A stretch of 43,808 nt of DNA from a virus (taxonomy: Duplodnaviria > Caudoviricetes): positions 1 to 43,808 of IMG/VR virus record IMGVR_UViG_3300028843_000092. The stretch is one strand, 5' to 3'. Shown here in pieces: positions 34,745-43,808 of the stretch (position 1 is the first letter of the stretch; the number at the start of each line of letters is the position of its first letter). The notes below the pieces were generated by a model. The model was not told where the DNA came from, ran no database searches, and worked only from the letters and a program-made list of their open reading frames with translations. Both the position numbers and the translations under genes were made by a program.

Positions 34745-36318
34745 AGTCGGCTATTCACCACAGTTGGGTATTTATCTGCAAAGTCTACACAGATTTGAGA
34801 GGGTTGAGCTAGAGTATCCACGACAGTATACACATCTCGTACTTTCATTGGACCTTTATAGCCCAGTTGTTTCACGATATGAGCAGCCTTTGTTCCAGGA
34901 TAGCCTTGATGTTCGAGGCACCACCAGTCTTTCACCACCTTGAGGCCACAGATATAGCTGACCTCAATGCTAGTTGGCTTACCTGCCTTGTGATGTAGTT
35001 TATACTTCACATTTCTCACGTCTAACCAGCGCTTCTTAGAAGCAGCCTTAGTCACTATGGGAGAAGAAGTGCCTGCAGTGGTCTCTATCTTGACTTCAAA
35101 CTTAAATTCAGTGCCGCATGATGGACAAGTCTTGGTAGCCGGCGGTACAAGAGTGGCACACTCAGGGCAGGTCTTCATCCTCTGCTCACCATCACCACCA
35201 CCTGACTGCTTCTCACCTGGAATACTGACATCATTCAATGGTCCGAGTCTTTCGAAGTTACCAGCATAGTCAAGGGCTAGACAGTGGCTCTTTCCAGGAT
35301 ACGGCCTTAGACCGCGACCCCACATCTGGACATGCAGCACTGGTGACTCAGTTGGCCTAAGCATTAGGATCAGGTCAATCTGTGGAACATCAAACCCGGT
35401 GGTAACCATGCCGACTGCCACCAATGCTCTGAACTCAGACTTACGAAAGCCCTTTATAATCTCGTCACGGTCACCCTCGATGTTTGAGTGCAGAACCTTG
35501 TTAGTTACCCCTAGCTTCTCTAGCTCTTCGCCGATGTGGTCTGCATGGTCAGTGTCAATTGCGAAGACTAACCATGACTTGTATCGCTTCCCGTAGACGA
35601 CGGCCTCCTTAAGGGCAGCTACCGTTACTGATTGCTTGTCATGCTTAGCGGCTAAAGCCTTCAGATTGAAATCGGCAGCGGTCTTCTTAACATCGCTAGA
35701 ATCCATTTGAACACTAGGCTTAACTGCTACCAAGGGCGATAACCACCCATCATCAATCAACTGGTTAAAGCTATCAACAGAGGTGAGGTCATGCGACAGC
35801 TTGTTAAACATGGCTGTCTCGCCTTTGTAAATATAACCGTGGCCAGCCCTAAAGACTGTGGCTGACATACCTGCCACCTTGCCGAACATCTTACTCAGGA
35901 AGGTCCTATACATTCCCTCAGCTTTGTGACTGACGGCATGAGCCTCGTCAATTACGATAAGGTTAGTAAAGGCAAACATCGTAGCTTTCTGGTAGATGCT
36001 TTGTATGCCTGCTACAGTTATCTGAGCGCGGTCCCGGAGGCCAAGGCCAGCACTATGGATGGCCACCGGTATCTCAGGTAAGAACCTAGTGATGGCATTG
36101 AAGTCTTGTTCTACTATCTCCTTCGTGTGCGATAGCACCAATACCTCATTATGAGGGTTGTCCTTCAGATACATATCAAGCATCAGACAAAGTATGATAG
36201 ACTTTCCTGAGCCTGTCGGTGCTGCGATTACTGGCGAGACCCCCTTAGTTAGTATGTCTTGGTACCACTCAGTGGCGCACTTTAACTGATACGGCCTAGA
36301 GGTTATCTTCATTGCCAC
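34741..36318 (-). CDS. SF2 DEAH helicase with zinc ribbon (RadD/YejH-like)
   Basis: PTGSGKS, DEAH, SAT, TTGFD.P, QM.GRGLR, CPEC..CPSC. Confidence 0.93.
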   Translation of the reverse strand: MAMKITSRPYQLKCATEWYQDILTKGVSPVIAAPTGSGKSIILCLMLDMYLKDNPHNEVLVLSHTKEIVEQDFNAITRFLPEIPVAIHSAGLGLRDRAQITVAGIQSIYQKATMFAFTNLIVIDEAHAVSHKAEGMYRTFLSKMFGKVAGMSATVFRAGHGYIYKGETAMFNKLSHDLTSVDSFNQLIDDGWLSPLVAVKPSVQMDSSDVKKTAADFNLKALAAKHDKQSVTVAALKEAVVYGKRYKSWLVFAIDTDHADHIGEELEKLGVTNKVLHSNIEGDRDEIIKGFRKSEFRALVAVGMVTTGFDVPQIDLILMLRPTESPVLHVQMWGRGLRPYPGKSHCLALDYAGNFERLGPLNDVSIPGEKQSGGGDGEQRMKTCPECATLVPPATKTCPSCGTEFKFEVKIETTAGTSSPIVTKAASKKRWLDVRNVKYKLHHKAGKPTSIEVSYICGLKVVKDWWCLEHQGYPGTKAAHIVKQLGYKGPMKVRDVYTVVDTLAQPSQICVDFADKYPTVVNSRL

Positions 36319-37132
36319 CTAGCTCCACCATTAATGAATGGTCTTTACAACCTTTTCGTTGGGCCTCCTCGGTCAGCCGGCGGTCGTCCAACCCACACTT
36401 CCAGCCTCCGGTAGGGGTAGGACCGCTGTGCATACAGGTGCGGCAATTGGTCATAGCGACTTTCCTACCGTGATGGCAGATATCGTTACAGCTACACCAC
36501 TTACACTCGAAGTGAGAGCGACTGAAGGCAGGGGCAGGAGGAGCTGCACTGAGTATAATCTTCTCTCCCTTCGCTGCCAGTTGTTCTGCCTTCATCTTGT
36601 CATAATAAATTCGCTCGATGTAATAGGCATCATCGTTCTTGTTGACCATGACGAATAAGGCCCTGGACAACTTGAGATGGTGCATGTAGAGCTGACACTG
36701 AGCATAGTAGACTGGCTTAGCCACCTCGCAGCGATTGTTCTGCATATCCTTGAACATCTTATCTGAAGCAGTCTTAATCTCCAGAAGATGCTCTGTATTG
36801 GGAGCCTCTACAACCCCTTTCACCTTGCCGTCGCAATGGCCCTTGACATGCCCCCAAGCAGCTTCTACTTCTTCCTGAGCATCGTTGACCACCATGCCAA
36901 TCCGTTCTAGGTCAGCGATAACCGAAGGTTCTTCACGGTGACCACGGTCGAACAGACGACGAAGGCGACGACTGTGAGTCTCCGAGTAGCACCACCTGAA
37001 AGAGTACCACAGATAGCGACTACAGGGATGGCCGAGTATTGACATGCCAAGATAAGGTCTTAGGTCCTCTGTGACAGGTTCAGCCTCCAGGGCTGAAGCT
37101 GTGGTATTACCGAATTCTGTGAGTTTGACCAT
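36296..37132 (-). CDS. Cas4-like PD-(D/E)xK exonuclease
   Basis: C.R.LWY, GH.DG, LEIKT, YY.Q.Q.Y, CKWC...IC, CRTC. Confidence 0.88.
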   Translation of the reverse strand: MVKLTEFGNTTASALEAEPVTEDLRPYLGMSILGHPCSRYLWYSFRWCYSETHSRRLRRLFDRGHREEPSVIADLERIGMVVNDAQEEVEAAWGHVKGHCDGKVKGVVEAPNTEHLLEIKTASDKMFKDMQNNRCEVAKPVYYAQCQLYMHHLKLSRALFVMVNKNDDAYYIERIYYDKMKAEQLAAKGEKIILSAAPPAPAFSRSHFECKWCSCNDICHHGRKVAMTNCRTCMHSGPTPTGGWKCGLDDRRLTEEAQRKGCKDHSLMVELGGNEDNL

Positions 37133-37167
37133 TCTACTTTCTCGTTTAGCTGACAGTTGCAGAGTTA

Positions 37168-37190
37168 GTGCCTGTCTTTCCAGACTGTCA
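37168..37190 (-). promoter_or_regulatory. Repeated hairpin element, copy A: TGACAGTCTGGAAAGACAGGCAC
   Basis: Intergenic; matches copy B with compensatory stem changes. Confidence 0.65.
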
Positions 37191-37291
37191 GGGGCTACCT
37201 ATCCTGCCCCTTGATGATAGTGGGGATGCTCGATGCGTTCCGAGTAGCCTACCTCGAAATGCCCCGGCTCCCTAGTCTTTCAGGCAGCATC

Positions 37292-37744
37292 CTACACCCA
37301 GGGTTTGATCACTTCCTCAGCAGCCTCCTCCTCCTCGGCCACCTCGCCGTCATAGGGGTAATAGCCGCTGATCTCATTACTCGGTGGATACTGAGCATTG
37401 CCGGGGGAGATAGTCACGGCCAGTTCCATCGGGATACCGTGAAGCTCCTCGCTGTCTTCGACATCGGTAACCCCGAAGCCGCAAGCCACCTTGATAGAGT
37501 TAAGTTGCTTGTTGGCAATCTCGACAGCCACCGGATTAGGGTTGTCCAGATTCAGGTTGGTGAACACGAGGCGACCCTTCTTCGGTCCCTCCGCGACCTT
37601 GAACCGGAGCGACAGATAGTGACCGGTATTGGCCTTGGTCTTCTTCATTTCGCTCTTAACGATAGTGGCGACATAACGACCAGGCTCCAGAGGAGTACGG
37701 TCATCATCGGTTTCAGTGGTGGTCGGTGTTGGCAAAATAGCCAT
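37292..37744 (-). CDS. DUF669-like single-stranded DNA-binding protein
   Basis: P.G.Y.A.I, YL.L.F....G...GR, NEI..Y, acidic tail ending PWV. Confidence 0.82.
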   Translation of the reverse strand: MAILPTPTTTETDDDRTPLEPGRYVATIVKSEMKKTKANTGHYLSLRFKVAEGPKKGRLVFTNLNLDNPNPVAVEIANKQLNSIKVACGFGVTDVEDSEELHGIPMELAVTISPGNAQYPPSNEISGYYPYDGEVAEEEEAAEEVIKPWV

Positions 37745-37798
37745 AGTGTTTTACTCTCAGTTAAGTTGACGGACTATCCGATCCCTGTGAGGGTAGTC

Positions 37799-38494
37799 TT
37801 AAGCGGCCTTGCTTAAGAGTTTTTCAAAGATGTACGACAGATCTGGTTTCTCTTGCATGGTCAAGGCTGAGTTGCTTGACTTGGCAATCCACCCTCGCTC
37901 GGCACTGGTCTGCAGGTATCGGTAGAAACCTTTGGCCTTGGTACCGCCTTGCCGCATTGCGAAGACTGAGTCCATTTCGTAGGGCGCCGAGTTGCCTAGC
38001 ACTCGACCTGGAAAGCTCGGTTCGTATGAAATAGAACCAGTAGACTCATCCTCAGTTCGCTTGAGTCGAGCGATTGAGTAGAAGTGCTTGGGAACGTGAA
38101 TCATAGTCTTGAGCAGAGCCGCCATGTCGGCTGCCATGTTACCGTAGGCCTTTCTCGGGTCTATACTACCAGAGCGGCTATTCTCAGTCAGCACCTTTAG
38201 GTGGTCATTGAGCAGAGTCTCGGCCAAGTCAGTCAGGGAGTCGACACAGACAGTGGCATACTGATTGGCTTCTTTCGACGAGGTGACCCATACAAGCACC
38301 TCCTCAACATCGGCCCGAGTCTTGCAGAAGAATACTGGCAGGGCCTTGTCTCGCAGAGCCAGCAGTCGTTTCTCACTACTGATAATGATGGGGTCTGGTG
38401 CAGTCCCTATCAAGGTGGTCTTGCCTATCCCGCTCTCCCCATAAACCATGAGGTTCACATGGTGTGAGATAGTCGAAGTGTTCTGTGGTTTCAT
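37799..38494 (-). CDS. AAA_24/Sak4-like ATPase (recombinase)
   Basis: YGESGIGKTT, VDSLT; synteny with SSB and nuclease. Confidence 0.88.
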   Translation of the reverse strand: MKPQNTSTISHHVNLMVYGESGIGKTTLIGTAPDPIIISSEKRLLALRDKALPVFFCKTRADVEEVLVWVTSSKEANQYATVCVDSLTDLAETLLNDHLKVLTENSRSGSIDPRKAYGNMAADMAALLKTMIHVPKHFYSIARLKRTEDESTGSISYEPSFPGRVLGNSAPYEMDSVFAMRQGGTKAKGFYRYLQTSAERGWIAKSSNSALTMQEKPDLSYIFEKLLSKAA

Positions 38495-38496
38495 AG

Positions 38497-38592
38497 CTAT
38501 ACCGGGGCATTGAGTAAGAGGCAGAGTAGCAAGGTTGCTACCCCGCCTAGGAGAAGTGATAGTATCACATCACCGGGTTGGGGCTTTCCCAT
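38497..38592 (-). CDS. 31-aa single-TM peptide MGKPQPGDVILSLLLGGVATLLLCLLLNAPV
   Basis: Manual translation; TAATG coupling; fills the gap almost exactly. Confidence 0.65.
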   Translation of the reverse strand: MGKPQPGDVILSLLLGGVATLLLCLLLNAPV

Positions 38593-38921
38593 TAGTTTTC
38601 GCCTGCTTCAGTTACGAGAACTTCGGCCAGTGCCCTTGCCTTCGCATCGATAGCTTCGCAGAGGGCCACATGGACCACCTCAGCGAGGGCGCAGAAGACC
38701 TGTTTGTTGTAATCGGCCCGTGTCAAGTGAGAGGTCATGATCTCAAGAGCCGGTATGTCGAACTCTCCGACAGTCGCCTCGAACATCAGTTCGTCCAGCT
38801 GTTCAGGGTCATTGACCACCATCTCACGAGCAGCGTCGAAGTAGGCCTCACTTGCAGCATCGAACCTGGCGGCAGCCTCACCGGCGGTGTCGCTGGTCTT
38901 CCAATTGTCGTAGGCATTCAT
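38592..38921 (-). CDS. Hypothetical acidic protein
   Basis: MNAYDNWKT start; ATGA overlap. Confidence 0.75.
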   Translation of the reverse strand: MNAYDNWKTSDTAGEAAARFDAASEAYFDAAREMVVNDPEQLDELMFEATVGEFDIPALEIMTSHLTRADYNKQVFCALAEVVHVALCEAIDAKARALAEVLVTEAGEN

Positions 38922-39298
38922 AGTTCTAGCTCCACTTTCAGCGTCGGCATAGCCGGCTTAGAGGTGACCACGTCATGCAAGACGCTGTCGGGGCTGATCT
39001 TGTTGAAAAGAGGCATCGACAGAGTCGGGGTCCACTTGATAGCGCACTGTTCCAGTGTATCGAGGTCGTCCCAGATACTCTGAAGAGCTTCGGGGTCTAC
39101 CTTGAACGAGAGAGCCTGAGCGGCTTTCACCTTGAACCCGGGGTAGGCTTCCGAGACAGACTTACGAGCCCCAGAATACGTGGCCTGCTCCAAGAGTTCT
39201 TCGGCGATAGGTCGGCGCATGTCAACTTCTTTGGCCTTCAACATCTTGAGTTCAGCCGCTACATCAGCCCACTCCATTATCTGGTCACTAGTCAACAT
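38918..39298 (-). CDS. Hypothetical protein of the recombination module
   Basis: AAGGAG RBS; LK..E...R..I and KP..PTL.V pattern. Confidence 0.75.
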   Translation of the reverse strand: MLTSDQIMEWADVAAELKMLKAKEVDMRRPIAEELLEQATYSGARKSVSEAYPGFKVKAAQALSFKVDPEALQSIWDDLDTLEQCAIKWTPTLSMPLFNKISPDSVLHDVVTSKPAMPTLKVELEL

Positions 39299-39497
39299 TG
39301 CTACTCTCCTTTAGCTCATATATCCCGGGAGGGAGCATCGTAGCAAGTACTGCTCTAGTGGAAAGGACTAGTAGGGCAGTGTCACCAGTGAGATCTTGAA
39401 ATTCAAGCTGCTGGTAACTTCCATTAGCAAAGCTATACTGCTTGACAGCTCCAACGGTGATAAGAGTCAACTCGTTCAAAGCGGTGTACATTTTCAT
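39288..39497 (-). CDS. Hypothetical protein
   Basis: AGGA RBS; overlaps the next gene. Confidence 0.6.
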   Translation of the reverse strand: MKMYTALNELTLITVGAVKQYSFANGSYQQLEFQDLTGDTALLVLSTRAVLATMLPPGIYELKESSNVD

Positions 39498-39522
39498 AAT
39501 GATTATCCTATGGTTAAGGGAT

Positions 39523-39545
39523 GTGCTTGTCTTTCCAAGCTGTCA
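39523..39545 (-). promoter_or_regulatory. Repeated hairpin element, copy B: TGACAGCTTGGAAAGACAAGCAC
   Basis: Intergenic; stem GCTTG/CAAGC, loop GAAAGA. Confidence 0.65.
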
Positions 39546-39593
39546 TGGTATAGTTTAGATTCTTTACCAATAGAATATCACACCACTGAGCGA

Positions 39594-40250
39594 CTAAGCG
39601 GCGAACAGCTCCAGACCACCTTCGCGCAGCTCAGGGTCAGCCGGCACAGGCTGGGCAGCCATCTCGGTGGACAGCTCCATGATAGAGATCCCGAGAACAG
39701 CGGCCTTGGCCAGCAAGAAGCTGGAGTTGATGGTGTACAAGGTATTGGAATACCGAGCCTTGCCACCGATAACCGGATAGAGCACATTGAAGGCCTCGGT
39801 GCGAGTGGCATTGGGGTTCTCTTTCAGCAAGGCTAGAACCGCGTTGTGAACCTTAGAGCCGCTGGTTGCACGGGCTCCGCCGGAGCTCTTCGGCTTGGTC
39901 GGCAGAGCGATCTCCTCGTTCTTGCAATATGCCCGAGCCTTGCTGATGACGTTGGCTTGCGTGGCACCATCGACCTCTGCCACGATACGGCCAGCAGCTT
40001 CTACCAGGTCGCCCCATTCATTGATGCTGGTCCAATCAGCCTGTTCCACAGCGCCCTGGATACCTTTGGAGACCACCTTGGGGTCTACCATGAGGCCAGA
40101 GTCAATGCTGAGCTCTTTGAAGGAGCTGTTCAAGTCGCTGAAAGGAACGCCGGCCGTGAACATGGCCATCTTGATGTTGTCTTCGCTCTCCTCGTTGGCG
40201 TAGCCCTCTTCTATGATGCCTTGAATCTTCAGTTTGAGTTCTTCATTCAT
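39594..40250 (-). CDS. Hypothetical protein, probable paralog of 1722-2045
   Basis: First gene after a promoter; GGAG RBS; ATG at 40248 is the likely start. Confidence 0.8.
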   Translation of the reverse strand: MNEELKLKIQGIIEEGYANEESEDNIKMAMFTAGVPFSDLNSSFKELSIDSGLMVDPKVVSKGIQGAVEQADWTSINEWGDLVEAAGRIVAEVDGATQANVISKARAYCKNEEIALPTKPKSSGGARATSGSKVHNAVLALLKENPNATRTEAFNVLYPVIGGKARYSNTLYTINSSFLLAKAAVLGISIMELSTEMAAQPVPADPELREGGLELFAA

Positions 40251-40312
40251 TTTGTCTTACTCCAGTGGTGGACGGTGCCCCGAAAAATTCAGAATCACCT
40301 AATTGAAAATCT

Positions 40313-40340
40313 ATTATATCATCTTTTTTCAGAAAAAGAT
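40313..40340 (-). promoter_or_regulatory. Extended -10 promoter (TGATATAAT) with an adjacent near-palindrome ATCTTTTTTCAGAAAAAGAT
   Basis: AT-rich intergenic region 40251-40433. Confidence 0.65.
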
Positions 40341-40433
40341 ACCTTTCTTGATATGAATGATTCTATATCGTCATAAATAATTTCTATATTAATAGTCATT
40401 AATATTCAGATATACCTGCAGGGTATAGGGTGA

Positions 40434-40811
40434 TTATTCACTCTGCTCTTGGAGTCTCTGCTCTCCCCACATGAGGAACTCCCTCTGCTCTAGCCGAATA
40501 AAACCGTTTCTTAGGCCCATCCACTTGGCCGACACTAAGAAGTGCCAGTCCTTGTAATTCTTACGGTACATAACGACTGGGACGTCGTCTCCGCATGCCC
40601 CCACTATCTGCAGCCAAGCACCTCTGAGGTCTAGTTTCTCTTGGCGCTTAATCTCGAAGGCGAATGGAGGAAAACCAATCAGGTCCACACCACCGTTACG
40701 GTATTGTTCCAAGTTCCTGAGAGGAGTATTGACCAGTTTGAAATGCTTCTGCAACCACTTGGCCGCATCCCTCTCAGCGTTGGCCCCTTTGTTCCTGCCA
40801 TTAATCGCCAT
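40434..40811 (-). CDS. Holliday junction resolvase-like PD-(D/E)xK endonuclease
   Basis: RNKGANAER, D.....FEIKR; start ATG 40811. Confidence 0.85.
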   Translation of the reverse strand: MAINGRNKGANAERDAAKWLQKHFKLVNTPLRNLEQYRNGGVDLIGFPPFAFEIKRQEKLDLRGAWLQIVGACGDDVPVVMYRKNYKDWHFLVSAKWMGLRNGFIRLEQREFLMWGEQRLQEQSE

Positions 40812-41226
40812 CTTTGTGCTCCAGGACCTTAGCCTCACTAGCCCCACTAGCCTCACTAGCCTCAGCCGAAGTGAGGACCACCACCTGAAAACTATTACCG
40901 CCAGCAACACCAACCTTATCGGCTACATCTATCTTCTTGGCCGACTCGTACAGCGTCATCAACTGCTTACCCTCTTCAAAGGTACATTTGCCATCAGTCA
41001 CAGCTTTGATAACATCAGCAGCTGATTGCACATCGAGTTCAATACGGTCAGATGAGTTAATCATCATTTGCTTCAGGGCATCCCACACCTCAGCTCTCAC
41101 CTCTGAGTTATTTGACTTCAATTCAGCCCTACCCAAGGCCACATCAACATAGTTCTTTACCAGCTCTTCTGAGCCTTCCAGCAGTAGCCTCTTCAGAGCC
41201 TCTGCGTTCTTCCTTACGTCACTCAT
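40801..41226 (-). CDS. Hypothetical protein, possible terminase small subunit
   Basis: Helical body and a C-terminal beta strand FQVVVL; 9-bp repeats at 40831-40864; function inferred. Confidence 0.35.
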   Translation of the reverse strand: MSDVRKNAEALKRLLLEGSEELVKNYVDVALGRAELKSNNSEVRAEVWDALKQMMINSSDRIELDVQSAADVIKAVTDGKCTFEEGKQLMTLYESAKKIDVADKVGVAGGNSFQVVVLTSAEASEASGASEAKVLEHKDGD

Positions 41227-43709
41227 TACTTCTTCCTCAGTGTAGAAACGGAATGTTGTAGACTATCCTGGTACTTCTGGATGCCTTCGATATTAACGAA
41301 ATAGACCTTGTCGCCTGGGTGGACCATTTCATTAGGTACGCCTGCATTAAGCTTACGTGGTACTTCGCCATCATAAACCTTAGACTTGAGCCAGCCGTGC
41401 TTTTCCAGGGCTGGTATCGAAGCCCCTAGGTAGGTTCTAGCAGCAGGAGTGAAGAGTGACTGACCACCAGCATGAAACCCCTCGTCAAGTACACCATTTA
41501 GAGCTTTTTTCAGAAGGGTGTTCATAATCTTCATCGCCCTATCTGGCATGCTCTTACTCTCAATGTATTCGTCTGAGTGCAGGCTCTGGTTCAGGAGTAC
41601 TGTTACATAGTCCTTTGCCATGTTGATGTACTGCGGGTCCAAGGTGTAATCATTCACATTAAGATTAGCAAACTTAGCTTGAAAATCAACACTATCCATA
41701 GCTGCGAACACGGTGGCATACTTCAGGCACATGCTAACGAACTTATTAGTCATGCGATACTGCCCTACCCAAGCTCCCTCAAGCAGATTGATAAAACTTG
41801 TCTGCACTCTGAATAGGACAGCCTTTCCTGAGGCATCCAATCGTATGTGAAGCGGTCTGTCGTGGCGTTCAACGCTAGCAATAGCCAAGGCAGTGTAATG
41901 AGCCCTCATCTTAGACTCGTCTAATGTACTAGCCTGCCTCAACTTCAACATATTGACCGGGTCTTCGTCGTACACAAACATAGGCAGGCGGGCAGCGAGA
42001 CCACTGGCCAGATACGAGATACCACCAGAGATATCAGCTATCATATCGTCCTGGACCATCATCAACACATTGAGGCAGGGATGAGGTATCTCAGCATCTT
42101 CTCCAGATACTCGATGCCGTCGGATTGCATCTCCAGTGATACCATTGATGTAGGTAGACTCAGAAGTGTGACCTTGAGCATTGTACCTGCCCATGATATT
42201 GGACAAGACTTTACGAGCATCAGGCGAAAACACAGCAACTCGACCGTTGTTCTGCGACAACTGCAGGTTTAGGGCCTCCTCAGTGGTATCGTCCACAATA
42301 ATAGCAGGACACTTCTCAGGTGGTAGGTTCTCGATAGCATCTAACCAAGGCCGAGTAGCAGTAGCCTGATGCATAATCTCTTGAGGCGATGGACTCTTCG
42401 ACTTCTGCTTCATTGCATTGTCGACTGCTTTCTGTAACTCTCGTCTCTGCATGACCACAGTAGGGGCATTGTCTTTCCACTCTTGCACCATCCTGTCGGC
42501 ATGGTCGACGAATGGCTTGTTCATCGATCTGTAAATAGCCGATTTACTTAGGCCAGTGCCCATGACTAGGACCACCCCAAGGCTACAGAAGTGGTCTAAC
42601 ATGCCGCCTTCGTCTTCGTGTATCACAACACTCTTGTTCAAAGCAGCAGACATCATAGAGGCCCCTGAGACATACATCGGGGTAGGTTGTAGACCGCACC
42701 ACTCGCCAACAGCAGTAGCAGCATCGACCAGAGCCTTCGGCATCATGTCTCTATTGAACTTAGCATACATCTTCGAAGGCTCTGCCACTACAGTTGTGAC
42801 CTCCTCAAACTGCTCGGGCGGTCCCCAGTTACCCTTGTGGGCTGCTTTTGCAGAGTCTACCTTCCGTCTAGCCGTAGCAATAAACTTAGGCATCTGTTGA
42901 AGAGCTGCAGTATACCGGTCTTTGTGCTCTTCTCGCACCGCGTCAGGAATGTTAGCAAAGATGTTCTGTATTCGTTTAGTTATCTTAGCAGCTGAGTCAT
43001 TCCAGGCCCACGACATGATAAGCTTATTCATGTTCGAGGTTATCATACCCGGCTCACCCTCCTTGAACTGGGTTATACACAAGTTTTCGTTGAACTCAGA
43101 CTTACCTTCAGGTGTACCAACAGCAGCAGTGGCAGTGGCCTTAGCATCATCAACGATAGGTGGGAAGGCAGTTACAATGTCAGACCAAGCATAGACCTGG
43201 CCTGCACCTCCGACCACATGAGCAACAGGGTTTCCAGGATATTTAGTATTGGCAAATCCAGGAAGACGAAGAAACCTTGAGATATCACACGAGTTAGTAT
43301 CACCTTCGTTGACAATCGCTATTGCCTTGTTGACTTTTTCGGCCAGCTCAAACAAACTGGAGTTAGTCAACCAATAGTAATGATACTTACCAGGCGAAGA
43401 CTGGACCACCCATGAAGGCACAAGAGGCCAGACAGCGATAGGCTTGTCTCTAACTCGGTCATCGTCCATCCAAACGGCTCTGACACGGCAGATGTCTGCT
43501 TTCGTTCGACTCTCGCCTTTCACTTCATTGACAGTAAAGTAAGTAGCCATGCCATTCTCGGCATTAGTCAATACAATCTGAGGTGGACCACCAGAGCGCG
43601 GGTGAGAGTCGGGCAGTTGCTCGACTGGGTATTGGTAGGTCTGACCTTGAATACCTTGGTTTACAAATAGATGCCTCCCCTGGAATGAGTATAGAAAGGC
43701 AATATCTCG
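41226..43709 (-). CDS. RepB-like AEP primase fused to a DUF3987/YfjI-like P-loop domain (about 878 aa including 1-153)
   Basis: VWMDDD, SSPGKYHYYW, D.SR.LRLPG..N.KY; GTGLSKS, DTTEEAL, SGLAAR. Confidence 0.88.
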   Translation of the reverse strand, partial: RDIAFLYSFQGRHLFVNQGIQGQTYQYPVEQLPDSHPRSGGPPQIVLTNAENGMATYFTVNEVKGESRTKADICRVRAVWMDDDRVRDKPIAVWPLVPSWVVQSSPGKYHYYWLTNSSLFELAEKVNKAIAIVNEGDTNSCDISRFLRLPGFANTKYPGNPVAHVVGGAGQVYAWSDIVTAFPPIVDDAKATATAAVGTPEGKSEFNENLCITQFKEGEPGMITSNMNKLIMSWAWNDSAAKITKRIQNIFANIPDAVREEHKDRYTAALQQMPKFIATARRKVDSAKAAHKGNWGPPEQFEEVTTVVAEPSKMYAKFNRDMMPKALVDAATAVGEWCGLQPTPMYVSGASMMSAALNKSVVIHEDEGGMLDHFCSLGVVLVMGTGLSKSAIYRSMNKPFVDHADRMVQEWKDNAPTVVMQRRELQKAVDNAMKQKSKSPSPQEIMHQATATRPWLDAIENLPPEKCPAIIVDDTTEEALNLQLSQNNGRVAVFSPDARKVLSNIMGRYNAQGHTSESTYINGITGDAIRRHRVSGEDAEIPHPCLNVLMMVQDDMIADISGGISYLASGLAARLPMFVYDEDPVNMLKLRQASTLDESKMRAHYTALAIASVERHDRPLHIRLDASGKAVLFRVQTSFINLLEGAWVGQYRMTNKFVSMCLKYATVFAAMDSVDFQAKFANLNVNDYTLDPQYINMAKDYVTVLLNQSLHSDEYIESKSMPDRAMKIMNTLLKKALNGVLDEGFHAGGQSLFTPAARTYLGASIPALEKHGWLKSKVYDGEVPRKLNAGVPNEMVHPGDKVYFVNIEGIQKYQDSLQHSVSTLRKK

Positions 43710-43808
43710 GTCTTTCTGCTTGTCTTTCTGCTTGTCTTTCTGCTTGTCTTTCTGCTTGTCTTTCTGCTTGTCTTCGAGTAGCCAGGCAGGTTGAGAGGCA
43801 GGAAAAGG
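43710..43808. repeat. Terminal direct repeat, identical to 1-99
   Basis: Exact match. Confidence 0.93.

Noticed and set aside
36296-37132. CRISPR-Cas adaptation module
   Set aside because: Solo Cas4-like nuclease in a standard Sak4/SSB/helicase context; no cas1, cas2 or array.
37133-37291. tRNA gene
   Set aside because: No cloverleaf with a T-loop GTTCRA and acceptor stem could be built on either strand.

Overview
This window is an apparently complete, circularly assembled dsDNA phage genome of about 43.7 kb; bases 1-99 equal 43710-43808. The morphogenesis gene order suggests a podovirus with BPP-1/T7-like architecture. The + arm (2.5-26.5 kb) encodes terminase, portal, scaffold, major capsid, tail adaptor and nozzle, three ejection proteins, tail fibres and a lysis cassette with a GH19 endolysin. 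The - arm runs from 153 across the junction to 26.5 kb. It encodes a RepB-type primase, resolvase, Sak4-like ATPase, SSB-like protein, Cas4-like nuclease, SF2 helicase, PolA, DNA ligase and RNA ligase. No integrase, repressor or RNA polymerase was recognised, and sigma70-type promoters are present, so it is probably lytic on a Gram-negative host. Highlights: (1) a T4-like dCMP hydroxymethylase overlapping a NodU/CmcH carbamoyltransferase next to PolA, predicting cytosine hypermodification; (2) a repeated, covarying GAAAGA-loop hairpin in the early operon, whose 12-nt core also forms a 5x coding repeat in the primase; (3) tandem ART-PolyVal-like domains in the giant ejection protein; (4) the primase ORF continues across the assembly junction. 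All family assignments come from motif recognition by eye, not database searches.
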